A stretch of 47,378 nucleotides of DNA, taken from Nemertoderma westbladi (lineage: Eukaryota; Animalia; Xenacoelomorpha). A program made the translations under genes and the position numbers. The notes below the pieces were generated by a model, which was not told the origin of the DNA, did not search any database, and saw nothing but the letters and a program-made list of their open reading frames with translations. This document shows, in pieces, positions 1 to 10,900 of this stretch (the first letter of the stretch is position 1; each line of letters begins with the position of its first letter). The stretch spans positions 1-47,378 of the forward strand of contig JAUCBJ010002175.1 of NCBI GenBank assembly GCA_032718475.1. The letters are read 5' to 3'.

Positions 1-186
1 CGGAAATTCTACTTGGAAAATTTCTAAACTTTTGCCAAACAACATGTGTACCAAGTTTGGATAGATTTCATCAAAGATTGGCCGAGTTATTAACGTTTAA
101 AATTGAACACGACAGAACGACAGAACGACAGGTTGATTAATGGTACCACTACGCTAAGGCTCACTCACTTCGTGGCTCGCCCCACA
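1..186 (-). mobile_element. Helentron/HINE (DINE-1-like) non-autonomous repeat, 5' part
   Basis: Reverse complement (tgtgggcgagccacgaagtgagtgagccttagc...ctgtcgttctgtcg...aataactcgg...ttgatgaaat...aaacttggtac) aligns with 42671-42810 and 29683 onward; subterminal motif followed by a CTGT-type microsatellite as in DINE-1/HINE elements. The family name is an inference. Confidence 0.55.
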
Positions 187-187
187 G

Positions 188-660
188 TGTCACGCTAGTC
201 AACTTATTCAAAGCCCTCGTGAGACCAATTCTAGAATATGCATCCCCAGTATGGTCGCCACACCGTGTAAATGAAACACGACTTTTGGAATCTGTCCAAC
301 GTCGGGTGACCAGACTATTTCCTAATCTCCGTAACTTAGCCTATCCGGAAAGATTAAAGCGACTAGGTCTCCCGACCCTTGAGTATCGCCGTTGTCGCGC
401 CGACCTGATCCAGGTGTACCGTTACCTTGCGGGTATCGACAACGCTGACTGCAGCATGTTCGAACTTTCCACGACTGGTCTACGCGGCCACTCATTCAAG
501 CTCCAGAAACCCCGTGCTCGGCTGCTGCAGAGAAACACGACATTCCACTTCCCTGGAACTCGCTATCCAATGCCGTTGTAACCGCCCCCAACCTTAACTC
601 CTTTAAAACCCGTTTGAACTCCCACTTTAAAGATTTCCCGCTTAAATTTACTCATCATGG
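188..660 (+). mobile_element. CR1/L2-group LINE, 3' fragment of ORF2
   Basis: ORF 219-581 reads RPILEYASPVWSPH...LESVQRRVTR...YPERLKRLGLPTLEYRR, the typical post-RT C-terminus of CR1-type ORF2; frameshifted near WNSL; 5'-truncated. Confidence 0.85.
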
Positions 661-1192
661 TGGTCCATGTAAAAGTAAAATATCTTCCATAGTAACTCTT
701 AACTTTTTACTCTTTTTACTTATTAACTTTTAATATATTTCTCGCCTTAATTAAAACTTTTATCACCACTTTTTAACTTTTTCTAACCTTAATTAAAACT
801 TTAGATTGCCACTTTTTAACTAACTTTTTGTAACTTCTATTAAAACTTTTTTTTATCACCATTTAATTATACACATTAGACCTCGTTAATATTTAATATC
901 TCAATAACTAATTGACAAACTGCATTTACAGTATCTACTTTGATCCTATATAATCGACGTTTTTAACTACAGTATGTACATTTAATAGTTTTTACTCGCG
1001 GCTTTACTGTTCTTTCTTAATTTAATTTTTAACTTTCTTTTAATTTTAACCAAATAATTAAATATAAGTTTTAAAAATGCAACCTATAATTAAATCAAGT
1101 TTTTAAATATATAAATTTGTTCGTCCTATTTGTGTAAACCATAATTTTATTTCACGTTCGACTTTGTGTAATTTAAGATATTTTTAAGTCCT

Positions 1193-1255
1193 AAAAAAAC
1201 ATGTGAAAAGTAATGTAAATTATGGCAATTTACATTACTTTTCACATGTTTTTTT
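1193..1255. repeat. Perfect palindrome, 29-bp arms with a 5-nt loop
   Basis: aaaaaaacatgtgaaaagtaatgtaaatt-atggc-aatttacattacttttcacatgttttttt. Confidence 0.9.
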
Positions 1256-1736
1256 TAAGTATGATTTTATGCTACATACTTACGTTTACGTACACTCTTA
1301 TCAACTAACATTAATTAGTGCTAGGTAGTAATAGGTAAGGTACTTAGTTTGTTTCAGTTTAAATATTTTGACAGTAGTTTTATATTATGTCTGCACAGGT
1401 GCAATAAGTTTCTGCTTCCTCCACCTCATTATTAAACATTAAACATTTCTGATGTCATTATTTAAATTTGACCTCGTCGTTTCTGCTAAATAAATAGAGA
1501 CACTTGGCACACCCAAACTGGCCCCATAATAGATTCGCCCATGTGAAGAATACCAAAATTTCACTTTTCAGACGACTTTTTATTGGAATTTTAAGAAGAT
1601 TTTTTATTTTTCTTAATTTATCTTTATTAAGTGCTTTATAGCGCTTGTTTCTGTCTTATAACCTGTACATATATTAATTCGTTTATTGTTTTGGTTAGAT
1701 TTAGTCAGCCCTTCTGTAACCTGTGTTTTTGGTGAA

Positions 1737-3704
1737 AACCTGGTATTCTTCCTTCACAATGGGGGTAACTGCAAACTGAAATATAACGGCATAAAGTCTG
1801 GTATTCTTCACATGGGCGTAACTGCAAAGTGAAATATAACGGCAGAAAGTCTGGTATTCTTCACATGGGCGTAACTGCAAAGTGAAATATAACGGCAGAA
1901 AGTCTGGTATTCTTCACATGGGCGTAACTGCAAAGTGAAATATAACGGCAGAAAGTCTGGTATTCTTCACATGGGCGTAACTGCAAAGTGAAATATAACG
2001 GCAGAAATCCTGGTATTTTTCACATGGGCGTAACTGCAAAGTGAAATATAACGGCAGAAAGTCTGGTATTCTTCACATGGGCGTAACTGCAAAGTGAAAT
2101 ATAACGGCAGAAAGTCTGGTATTCTTCACATGGGCGTAACTGCAAAGTGAAATATAACGGCAGAAAGTCTGGTATTCTTCACATGGGCGTAACTGCAAAG
2201 TGAAATATAACGGCAGAAAGTCTGGTATTCTTCACATGGGCGTAACTGCAAAGTGAAATATAACGGCAGAAATCCTGGTATTTTTCACATGGGCGTAACT
2301 GCAAAGTGAAATATAACGGCAGAAAGTCTGGTATTCTTCACATGGGCGTAACTGCAAAGTGAAATATAACGGCAGAAAGTCTGGTATTCTTCACATGGGC
2401 GTAACTGCAAAGTGAAATATAACAGCAGAAAGTCTGGTATTCTTCACATGGGCGTAACTGCAAAGTGAAATATAACAGCAGAAATCCTGGTATTTTTCAC
2501 ATGGGCGTAACTGCAAAGTGAAATATAACGGCAGAAAGTCTGGTATTCTTCACATGGGCGTAACTGCAAAGTGAAATATAACGGCAGAAAGTCTGGTATT
2601 CTTCACATGGGCGTAACTGCAAAGTTAAATATAACGGCAGAAAGTCTGGTATTCTTCACATGGGCGTAACTGCAAAGTGAAATATAACGGCAGAAAGTCT
2701 GGTATTCTTCACATGGGCGTAACTGCAAAGTGAAATATAACGGCAGAAAGTCTGGTATTCTTCACATGGGCGTAACTGCAAAGTTAAATATAACGGCAGA
2801 AAGTCTGGTATTTTTCACATGGGCGTAACTGCAAAGTGAAATATAACAGCAGAAATCCTGGTATTTTTCACATGGGCGTAACTGCAAAGTGAAATATAAC
2901 GGCAGAAAGTCTGGTATTCTTCACATGGGCGTAACTGCAAAGTTAAATATAACGGCAGAAAGTCTGGTATTCTTCACATGGGCGTAACTGCAAAGTGAAA
3001 TATAACGGCAGAAAGTCTGGTATTCTTCACATGGGCGTAACTGCAAAGTGAAATATAACGGCAGAAAGTCTGGTATTCTTCACATGGGCGTAACTGCAAA
3101 GTTAAATATAACGGCAGAAAGTCTGGTATTTTTCACATGGGCGTAACTGCAAAGTGAAATATAACAGCAGAAATCCTGGTATTTTTCACATGGGCGTAAC
3201 TGCAAAGTGAAATATAACGGCAGAAAGTCTGGTATTCTTCACATGGGCGTAACTGCAAAGTTAAATATAACGGCAGAAAGTCTGGTATTCTTCACATGGG
3301 CGTAACTGCAAAGTTAAATATAACGGCAGAAAGTCTGGTATTCTTCACATGGGCGTAACTGCAAAGTTAAATATAACGGCAGAAAGTCTGGTATTCTTCA
3401 CATGGGCGTAACTGCAAAGTTAAATATAACGGCAGAAAGTCTGGTATTTTTCACATGGGCGTAACTGCAAAGTGAAATATAACAGCAGAAATCCTGGTAT
3501 TTTTCACATGGGCGTAACTGCAAAGTGAAATATAACGGCAGAAAGTCTGGTATTCTTCACATGGGCGTAACTGCAAAGTTAAATATAACGGCAGAAAGTC
3601 TGGTATTCTTCACATGGGCGTAACTGCAAAGTTAAATAAAACGGCAGAAAGTCTGGTATTCTTTACATGGGCGTAACTGCAAAGTTAAATATAACAGCAG
3701 AAAG
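1737..3704. repeat. 53-bp tandem satellite, about 37 copies
   Basis: Unit cagaaagtctggtattcttcacatgggcgtaactgcaaagtgaaatataacgg repeated head to tail with no spacers; a partial unit resumes at 16247. Confidence 0.97.
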
Positions 3705-4896
3705 TGTTCGCGCTTTCAGACCTTTGGCAGTTTAACCCGCCAAATTAGGATGTCTTCTAGATAATAAATCACTTTTAGCCTCTGACAAGTATTTGATTCA
3801 CTACACTAGTCGAAACCAATCGGTGCGCGATCATTCACCCGCTGGATATACCCGGGAGATTGGGTTCGACGGCTTAATCGTATTGCTATGTAAGCCTAAT
3901 GTATTATTCGACTGACAGTATTATATAATCTCTGACAATATTATTCACCTTCGGGGAATATTAACAGTTCCTTTAGGACGTGGCGCTCTATCTATATAAA
4001 CAGAGTTATGACTTAAACTACTCACAACGATATGGCTTAGTTACAATTCACATATATGGCGCATTCTTTAGGAAATGCTTCGTTATCAGTCTCACTCATA
4101 CACAATGCTGCACAATACTGCACACTGATCTGCCGATCTTCACTGATTTTAGTCACATATAAAAGGAACACGGACCGAATCATGTAGGGTCTATCAAATA
4201 ACATTAGATTCACTTCAAACCACTTTAACATAAGTCACAATCGTTATATGTAACCTTTCTCTCTTACCTTCGGTATATCAAGAATATTGGGTTTTCGGGG
4301 TTATTTATCGTTATTCCAAATATAATAATTCATCAACCATATTATGAAGAACTGACAGTAAATAGCAGTATAACAATATAAAAGTATGCACAGGTTGTTT
4401 GATTAGGTATGGTATGTTATGTATGTTATGAGTTGAGTTGAGATAACGGATATATGTCCTTATAATTAAGCCTACTAGTGTAAGACTAAAAACTGAAAAC
4501 ACGGAGGTGCCAAAAGCCGGTTCTTAGGCTCTGGGCAAAACATAACACTGAACTACTGAGTTTCTGTATACACCTCCAACACAGAGACAACAAACGCTCT
4601 GATTGGTCAACCTGAACAACGAGAGAACAAAGAAACAAAGAAACGTCGACGTGGCAATATCAGCTGTTAGCCGTCGTCATGGTAGCGACACTGTTTTCAA
4701 GAGTATCCAGCTTATCGCATCACGAGATTACGGATTATGTCCTCTAAAGTACAAATACAGTACAAATACAGAAGAAATGACTTTTATGTCCTCTAAAACA
4801 CCAGTACAGCAAGGACACGGCCTTTTTATGCCTGGCAAACCAACTACAGAGTACTTTAAGGGAAAATAACCGGTTAATGACGCAAAAGCTTTTACA
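3705..4896 (-). repeat. 3' LTR
   Basis: tgttcgcgc...gcttttaca; matches 15055-16246 apart from about 6 substitutions seen by eye. Confidence 0.95.
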
Positions 4897-4906
4897 CCGC
4901 TCCCAG
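4897..4906 (-). promoter_or_regulatory. Putative polypurine tract
   Basis: Minus strand reads CTGGGAGCGG immediately before TGTAAAAG of the 3' LTR; short and imperfect. Confidence 0.5.
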
Positions 4907-4974
4907 AAAATGGGATTTAAGTCTATAAAATATAACAAATCACAGTTTCTAAAATATAAAGATACTCTAAACAG

Positions 4975-6306
4975 TTAGTCTTTCTTACGCAGACGGCGTT
5001 TACGCAGTTTTTTGAGGCTAGCAAGAGTCTTTCTCTTTGGGGGGAGCCACTTTACTAGGAGGGCCATAACTCCTAGGTGAAGGGTGCAATATGATTGCAT
5101 CAGAAGGTGTAGGATTATGGTCGAGGTATCTGCCGTTTCGATATGCTTCTCCTCGAGCTGATTTTCCTCCGCTTGTAGCTGGATACGTTCATCCAAAAAC
5201 TCTCGCAGAGAATAGGATCGTCCAAGTTCGATAACTTCTTAGAGATTCTGGATTTCCCAATCGAATTGAGATAAGGCCAATTCGTTTATCGATTGGACTT
5301 ACTGTTATAACTTACGTTTATCTGAACAAACGCAGGTTTCTTTTTTGATCTTTATAGAATAGCGTTTAACTCGTTTCGTACAACGCTCTCCTTCACCTTG
5401 ATGTGGGGTTGTATCGCGTTAAACGGGGACGACCATACGGTTGGATAGTGATATTAGGTGTCCGTGTCACAATCCGGCTAGGTAAGATGGGCGGCTAGCT
5501 AGAAATCACTGTCGGAGTGTTACCGATTAATTGTTAGGGTAGCACTAGATCTTTGAACAGTGAATACAGTCCGCGAGGATCCGCGACACCACCAGGATCG
5601 CAGGTCTGAGGTCCAACTAAGGAATGAGGAGGTTTGACCGAGTATTCCGGGACTCTGATCGTAGGTTTACTCCAGGATCGTTCGAGCCGAGTGAGCATAG
5701 GTGATACGTCAAACAAGTTTCGCTCGAAACTCCAGTAAATATAACGAGCACAACTGTGTTTAAAACAACGTTTCCGTGGATGTTTATGTCTTTCCGTTTA
5801 TTGGCTGAGTCTAGGGCATTTATCGTAGTAATACCAAAGACTCACGTCTGGTAGGGGAAACGCGGGTGATATTTATTTGTTGTTACAATGCTTCTATCAA
5901 AAATTCCAAATATACGTTGGAGTTACCGCGTCCATTTGTTTCTTTAGTGTCTTTTCTTTCGAGTCGATTTCGAATAGAATTTTCGCATTCGAATTTCAGT
6001 TTATGGTTCCGACTCCGCTGGGCAGGATATATAGTCGACATAGTCCGTATTGTGTAAATCGATAGGATGATCAGTAGTTAAGAAGCCCATATACGTACCA
6101 TTACGCTGCGTATATCGAGCAGCGAATTTTCTATAGTCCAACTCACGCGTGAGCTGCTCTTGGGACATTGGCGGTTCGATATAACGACCATCGTCCTCCG
6201 CAGCAGTTGGACTAACGTCGCCGCGTATTAAGCTATCAACAAACGCCTGTAAAAGTAGAGTATATCACTCCCCGATACCAAGACCATCTTCTATCAACTC
6301 CGTCAT
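4975..6306 (-). pseudogene. Decayed second ORF of the LTR element (env position, unknown product)
   Basis: Protein-like minus-strand frames: 6306-6001 MTELIEDGLGIGE*YTLLLQAFVDSLIRGDVSPTAAEDDGRYIEPPMSQEQLTRELDYRKFAARY...; 5716-5534; 5196-4975 ending in a hydrophobic stretch plus a basic tail. Several stops and frameshifts. Confidence 0.35.
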
Positions 6307-7140
6307 ATCTGCTATATATGAGTTTATCCATATTGTAAGGAGTTTATATTTAGGCTAGCGAGCGTCGCTGCCTACCCCAATCAGCCCCCGGACAGTGCGA
6401 GATCCTCAGCGCCGATGTGTCGTCGCCGCTGTACTTTCGCCAACGACGTAGCCGCACAACGACAGCGACAACCGGCACAAGTCACTCGACTGTCCGTCCC
6501 AAAGGCTTAGATACACCTCAGGTTCTTACTGGAGAGTTAGGGTTACTTTCACAATTGCGACTCGCTACTGTAAACACACCTTAGTAGTAACATTCGCCTA
6601 TAAACTCACAAATACCACACACACAACTTGTCACAAATTACACACACTCGGGCCATTTGTCCGTTAGTCAATGCCTTCCAGAATGTCACTGTATTATTAT
6701 GTATCCTTGGATACTAGCAGTGCGCTATTTATTCCCTATGCTATTCAATGAGACAAGCTTTCTATTGTTCTTTTAACTCCATTCTAATTCTAGCGTGGTT
6801 GTTGCTATGGTGACATTATGTAAAGCTAGCGGTAGAATTAGGGTAATTCCAATGCATCCAGATCTGGGATGTTATTTAATAGTAATTCTTTAATGGTCAA
6901 TGTCCTGTTTTATACATGGCTTTATGAATTTTATCGGCTATTGACTATGTTTGGGAGACTTTCGCACACTCATACGCATAAGAAGATAAATCTCCGCTCC
7001 CTTGATCTATGAATTAATGGAATTTTGGGAATGTTATAAATTGCGTAAAAATGGCAATTTATTAAATTCATTAAAAGGCATGAATTTAAATTTATTCCCT
7101 GAAATTTTATTATTTGATAATTAAATTGACATGTTTTGAT

Positions 7141-7430
7141 TCTAGAACATGTCTGGGGACACAAGATCCTTAATTCTATGAAAATTGTCTTTTTAAGAAT
7201 ATCGGTAAATGCTACGATGTCTTAATTGACTAGAATTGTTGAAGGATCTGAATTTTACAGATTTTGATTTATTGGATTAGCAAATATTAAATAATTAATA
7301 TTTGAGATGGGCACCGATTTATTCCAGAACTTGTCTGGGGATGTTAACCACTGATTCTAGAATTTGTCTTTCAAGTATATCGGTGGGTGCCGCGATATCT
7401 TAATCGACTAGAATTACAGATGGTCAAAAG
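7141..7430. repeat. Diverged tandem duplication (about 181 bp) in the 3' internal region of the LTR element
   Basis: tctagaacatgtctgggga...gactagaatt at 7141 versus tccagaacttgtctgggga...gactagaatt at about 7322. Confidence 0.7.
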
Positions 7431-7960
7431 GTTTAACAGATTTATTTGCGTTTCACGCTACTGTTAGAGGGACATCACGCTACTATATGTATTATTTAAT
7501 ATATGGTATGAGAGCAATATCGCACGAAGCAATGTCAGTGTGAAGAGGCAAGTCGTTTCCAAGGTCTACCCAGAGCTTGGTTTAGCCGAGACACGAGGAT
7601 CTGAACTTTGCATTCCTAATACTCTGCCTACCAATAATACTTGAATATAGTAGTGGCTTTATTGTACTTTAATAAGTACGGACATTTCATCTTACTGTAG
7701 TTACGTATTTGTAATGTAATACGGACAGTAAGGAAGAAGGAAAAGAATTATTTCTTGCCGTCGCACTAAATATAATATATACGTAATTACGTACGCAATA
7801 AACACGAATATATTGCACTATTCTACTAAATAATCGCTAAATAAGATTCTACTAAATTAAATAAAACGATTATAATAAAATTACGTAGTAATACATACAT
7901 AAATATAAAAATAATAAAATAATATAAAATAATAGAGTCACACACCCACTCCATATGTTG

Positions 7961-10900
7961 TTACGTTATGGAGTCCCTAGATGTTTGAAGGATTAGGGAG
8001 GTGGTCGTGGGAAGAGAATCTTGCCTTCCACAGTTTCCGGAGAGTCCTCCATTCCCTTCCGGTAAACACAAACGACCGACTGGGTGATTGAGTCGCTGCA
8101 TCCCGAATACAATTCCAGGTTTCCTCTTCGTCCTGGAATAGTGACGATAGAAACATCGCTCTAGGTACACGACGGCCTTACAAAGCCGATTCCAGGAGCT
8201 ATAGTGGTCCGTCGCTCCCTGCAGGAGAGGTGAGAGTCCCTGCGAGACGTCTGATGTTCCAGAGCTCCAATCGCTCTCTCTGATCTTCATGAAGGATCCA
8301 CTCGCGGTGGGGAGGTCCAGATCCACGGCGTCGTCCCTGGCAATATGTAATACCGACAGATCTATCCCGGGTTCAAATAACTCCGATCCACCCGTCCGGG
8401 TTTTAGGTTTGACTTTCTCCGCTCCCTTGGCTGGTCTAATCTCAGTCGGAGTAAGATGGGGAGGCCATTCATCCTCCTTACTCAGGAAGTCGGGTTCACC
8501 TAACCGGTCTGTAGTATCTGTCAGTTCTTGAGGAGTTGCTCCTCTGGAAGCGATGTCAGTTGGATTAAACTTCTTGGGGCAATATCTCCATTGATCTACA
8601 TTGGAGCTAATATCGTCATTATCTGAGGAGTATGGTGTTCCCTCAGTTGGGTCGTCTCCCTCACTAGTATCATCTTCCCATTCACTCACCTGGCGGACGT
8701 GATCTTGAAGCAGTCTTTCTCTGAGCGTTCTTCGGGAAGGTCCAGTAAGGTACCAACCTACTCTAGTTCTTACCGCATAGGTCTGAAGTGGTTGCGGTTG
8801 AGCAGGTCGTTTCTCCAATGTCTCCAGCGCCTCATGCGCGTTTTGACCGATTAATATTTGTACTCCAGGATAATCGGTGTCGAATCTAGGGATGTTAAGT
8901 TGTTGGGCATGATCATCTTCGTCCCAATTATAAGGTTCCACTTGGGTGGTAGCGAAGTTCTTTATTGCCACCATTTTGACTGACCTTATACTGTATTCTC
9001 CTGGTTTATCCTGTGGAGTGGACAACTCACCTATATAATAGTCGGCAGCTACAGTAGAATTCCAAACCTGCATGATCCCTGACATGTTTAGCTTGGTTCG
9101 GAACTTGGGTTGTCCAGCAAAGATGACTTCGGCTAGTTCTTTATCGATGAATGTTCCTGTGCTACCGGAGTCCAGGAGGGCGTTCACTATATAGCTCTTC
9201 TGAGGTCCGTGGACCCGTAACTGGACTACAGGAAATTCTCGGATTCCTATATTGTAAGTTGGCGCTTTCCAAGATTGTTGTTGATCTGAAGTAGTTAGGG
9301 TGAGGTCGCTGTCTGTGTCTTTCTCATGCACGAGTGCTCGATACACTGCGGTGGTGTTTATTAGGTAACAGGATTCGTTTTGGTCGGAGAACTCGTCCGT
9401 ATAGAATCCTTCCATCTCAGATTGATCAGTGTCGTTCACATCACTGAATTGGACATGTAGTTCGGACTCACTTACCTGACTCGGGCTGTTTCGTTCGAAT
9501 TCCGTGTGCAACAAGATATGATGTTTCGCACCGCACTTTGCACACCTTGCGTCGGAGTAACAGGTTCGCCGTTGGTGTCCTCGTCTGAGACAATTATAAC
9601 ACAACCGCTTATCCCACATGACTTCCCGTCTCTCTTTTAATGATTTCTTTAAGAATTCATCGCACATATTCAAGCGGTGGGGCCCGTCGCACAGCACACA
9701 TTTGGGTTTGATGTTACTTACTTTAACCTGTGCTGTGTGGTGCACACTTGTTCTTTCCTCGGGCTTTCTTACATGAATTCTCTTGGGAGACGTAGGAGGG
9801 GTTTTTCTTACCGGTTCTCTTCTGTCATTGGATCGAGACTTGAATTTACTTACCTGTTCTATAGGCGCTTTATTGCCATAATAAGATCTTTTAGTGTCTT
9901 TCCCGCTATCCTCTCCTTGAGAAGTCTGGCTTTCGCCGTCGTCTGTATAACACACTGGTGTTACCCTTCTCCTAGAAACGGGTTTCTCACTTACCTTGTT
10001 TTCCAATGTCTTCTCTCTGGACTGCCTTAGGAGCTGTAATTTCACTTCTCCATCTAGGAATGACATGAGATCAGCCATGGTAGGGTCTCGTCGTTGTTGT
10101 TCCATCATATATAACACTTTCTTATCCCAGCGTGTACCTACTCCACCCTTCGGTAAAGTAGAAGCCACTGCTCTAATAACCATAGCACTCTGATACTCAT
10201 GAGACTTACCTAGCCAATCTAATTGTCTGCAGATCTCCTGAATTTCATCGGAAAACTCTATAATCCCGCTGCTAATAAACTTTCGGGGCGCTACCAACTT
10301 TGCATACAAATACCCAGCTATGTTATTCCTATTACCATACCTGATGTTTAGTGTATCCCAAACTTGTCTTAATCCGTCTGGATGTCCAATAAACCTTAAC
10401 GCCATTAACTTGGGAGATCCTTCCAAGCATTCGATGAGGAATCTAAGTTTCTCTCCATTAGATAGCACAGAGTTCTGTATGTTATCTTTGTAATATTCAT
10501 TAAAAGGTAACCATTTCATCTCATCTCCATTGAACTTGACGATCTCTCCCACCTTTACCGCTTGCCGGGCTTCGGTTCTAGCCATTTGACGCGTAAAACT
10601 TTCTTGGGCCATCGTGTTATTTAATATCGAGTTATCGGTATATAAATTTCTCGGATTATGATCCGTTCTATATGGAATATCATTATCAACAGGTCTATAA
10701 TTACCCTTAATAGGGTTCACTATAGGAGTTTCTACTTCGCTAGCAGTATAGATGCGTGTAGGCTCCACACCTTGCGCATGCGATACTTCAGACCTAACAG
10801 GTTGACACATTGTTACAGAGGGTGGTGGTATACCCTTTTGTGCATTTACTAATTTATCGCGTTCTAGCGCGATACTTTGCTGCACTTCTTGCAACTCTAG

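Noticed and set aside
1737-3704. CRISPR-like regular array
   Set aside because: Units are contiguous and near-identical with no unique spacers, no cas genes are present, and the context is eukaryotic
3980-4938. Short ORFs duplicated at 15387-16290
   Set aside because: They lie inside the LTRs, so their duplication simply reflects LTR identity; no domain features
4975-6306. TAA/TAG read as Gln (alternative genetic code) in the decayed ORF
   Set aside because: The gag ORF and host genes end normally in TAA/TAG; TGA stops and frameshifts also occur; ordinary decay explains it
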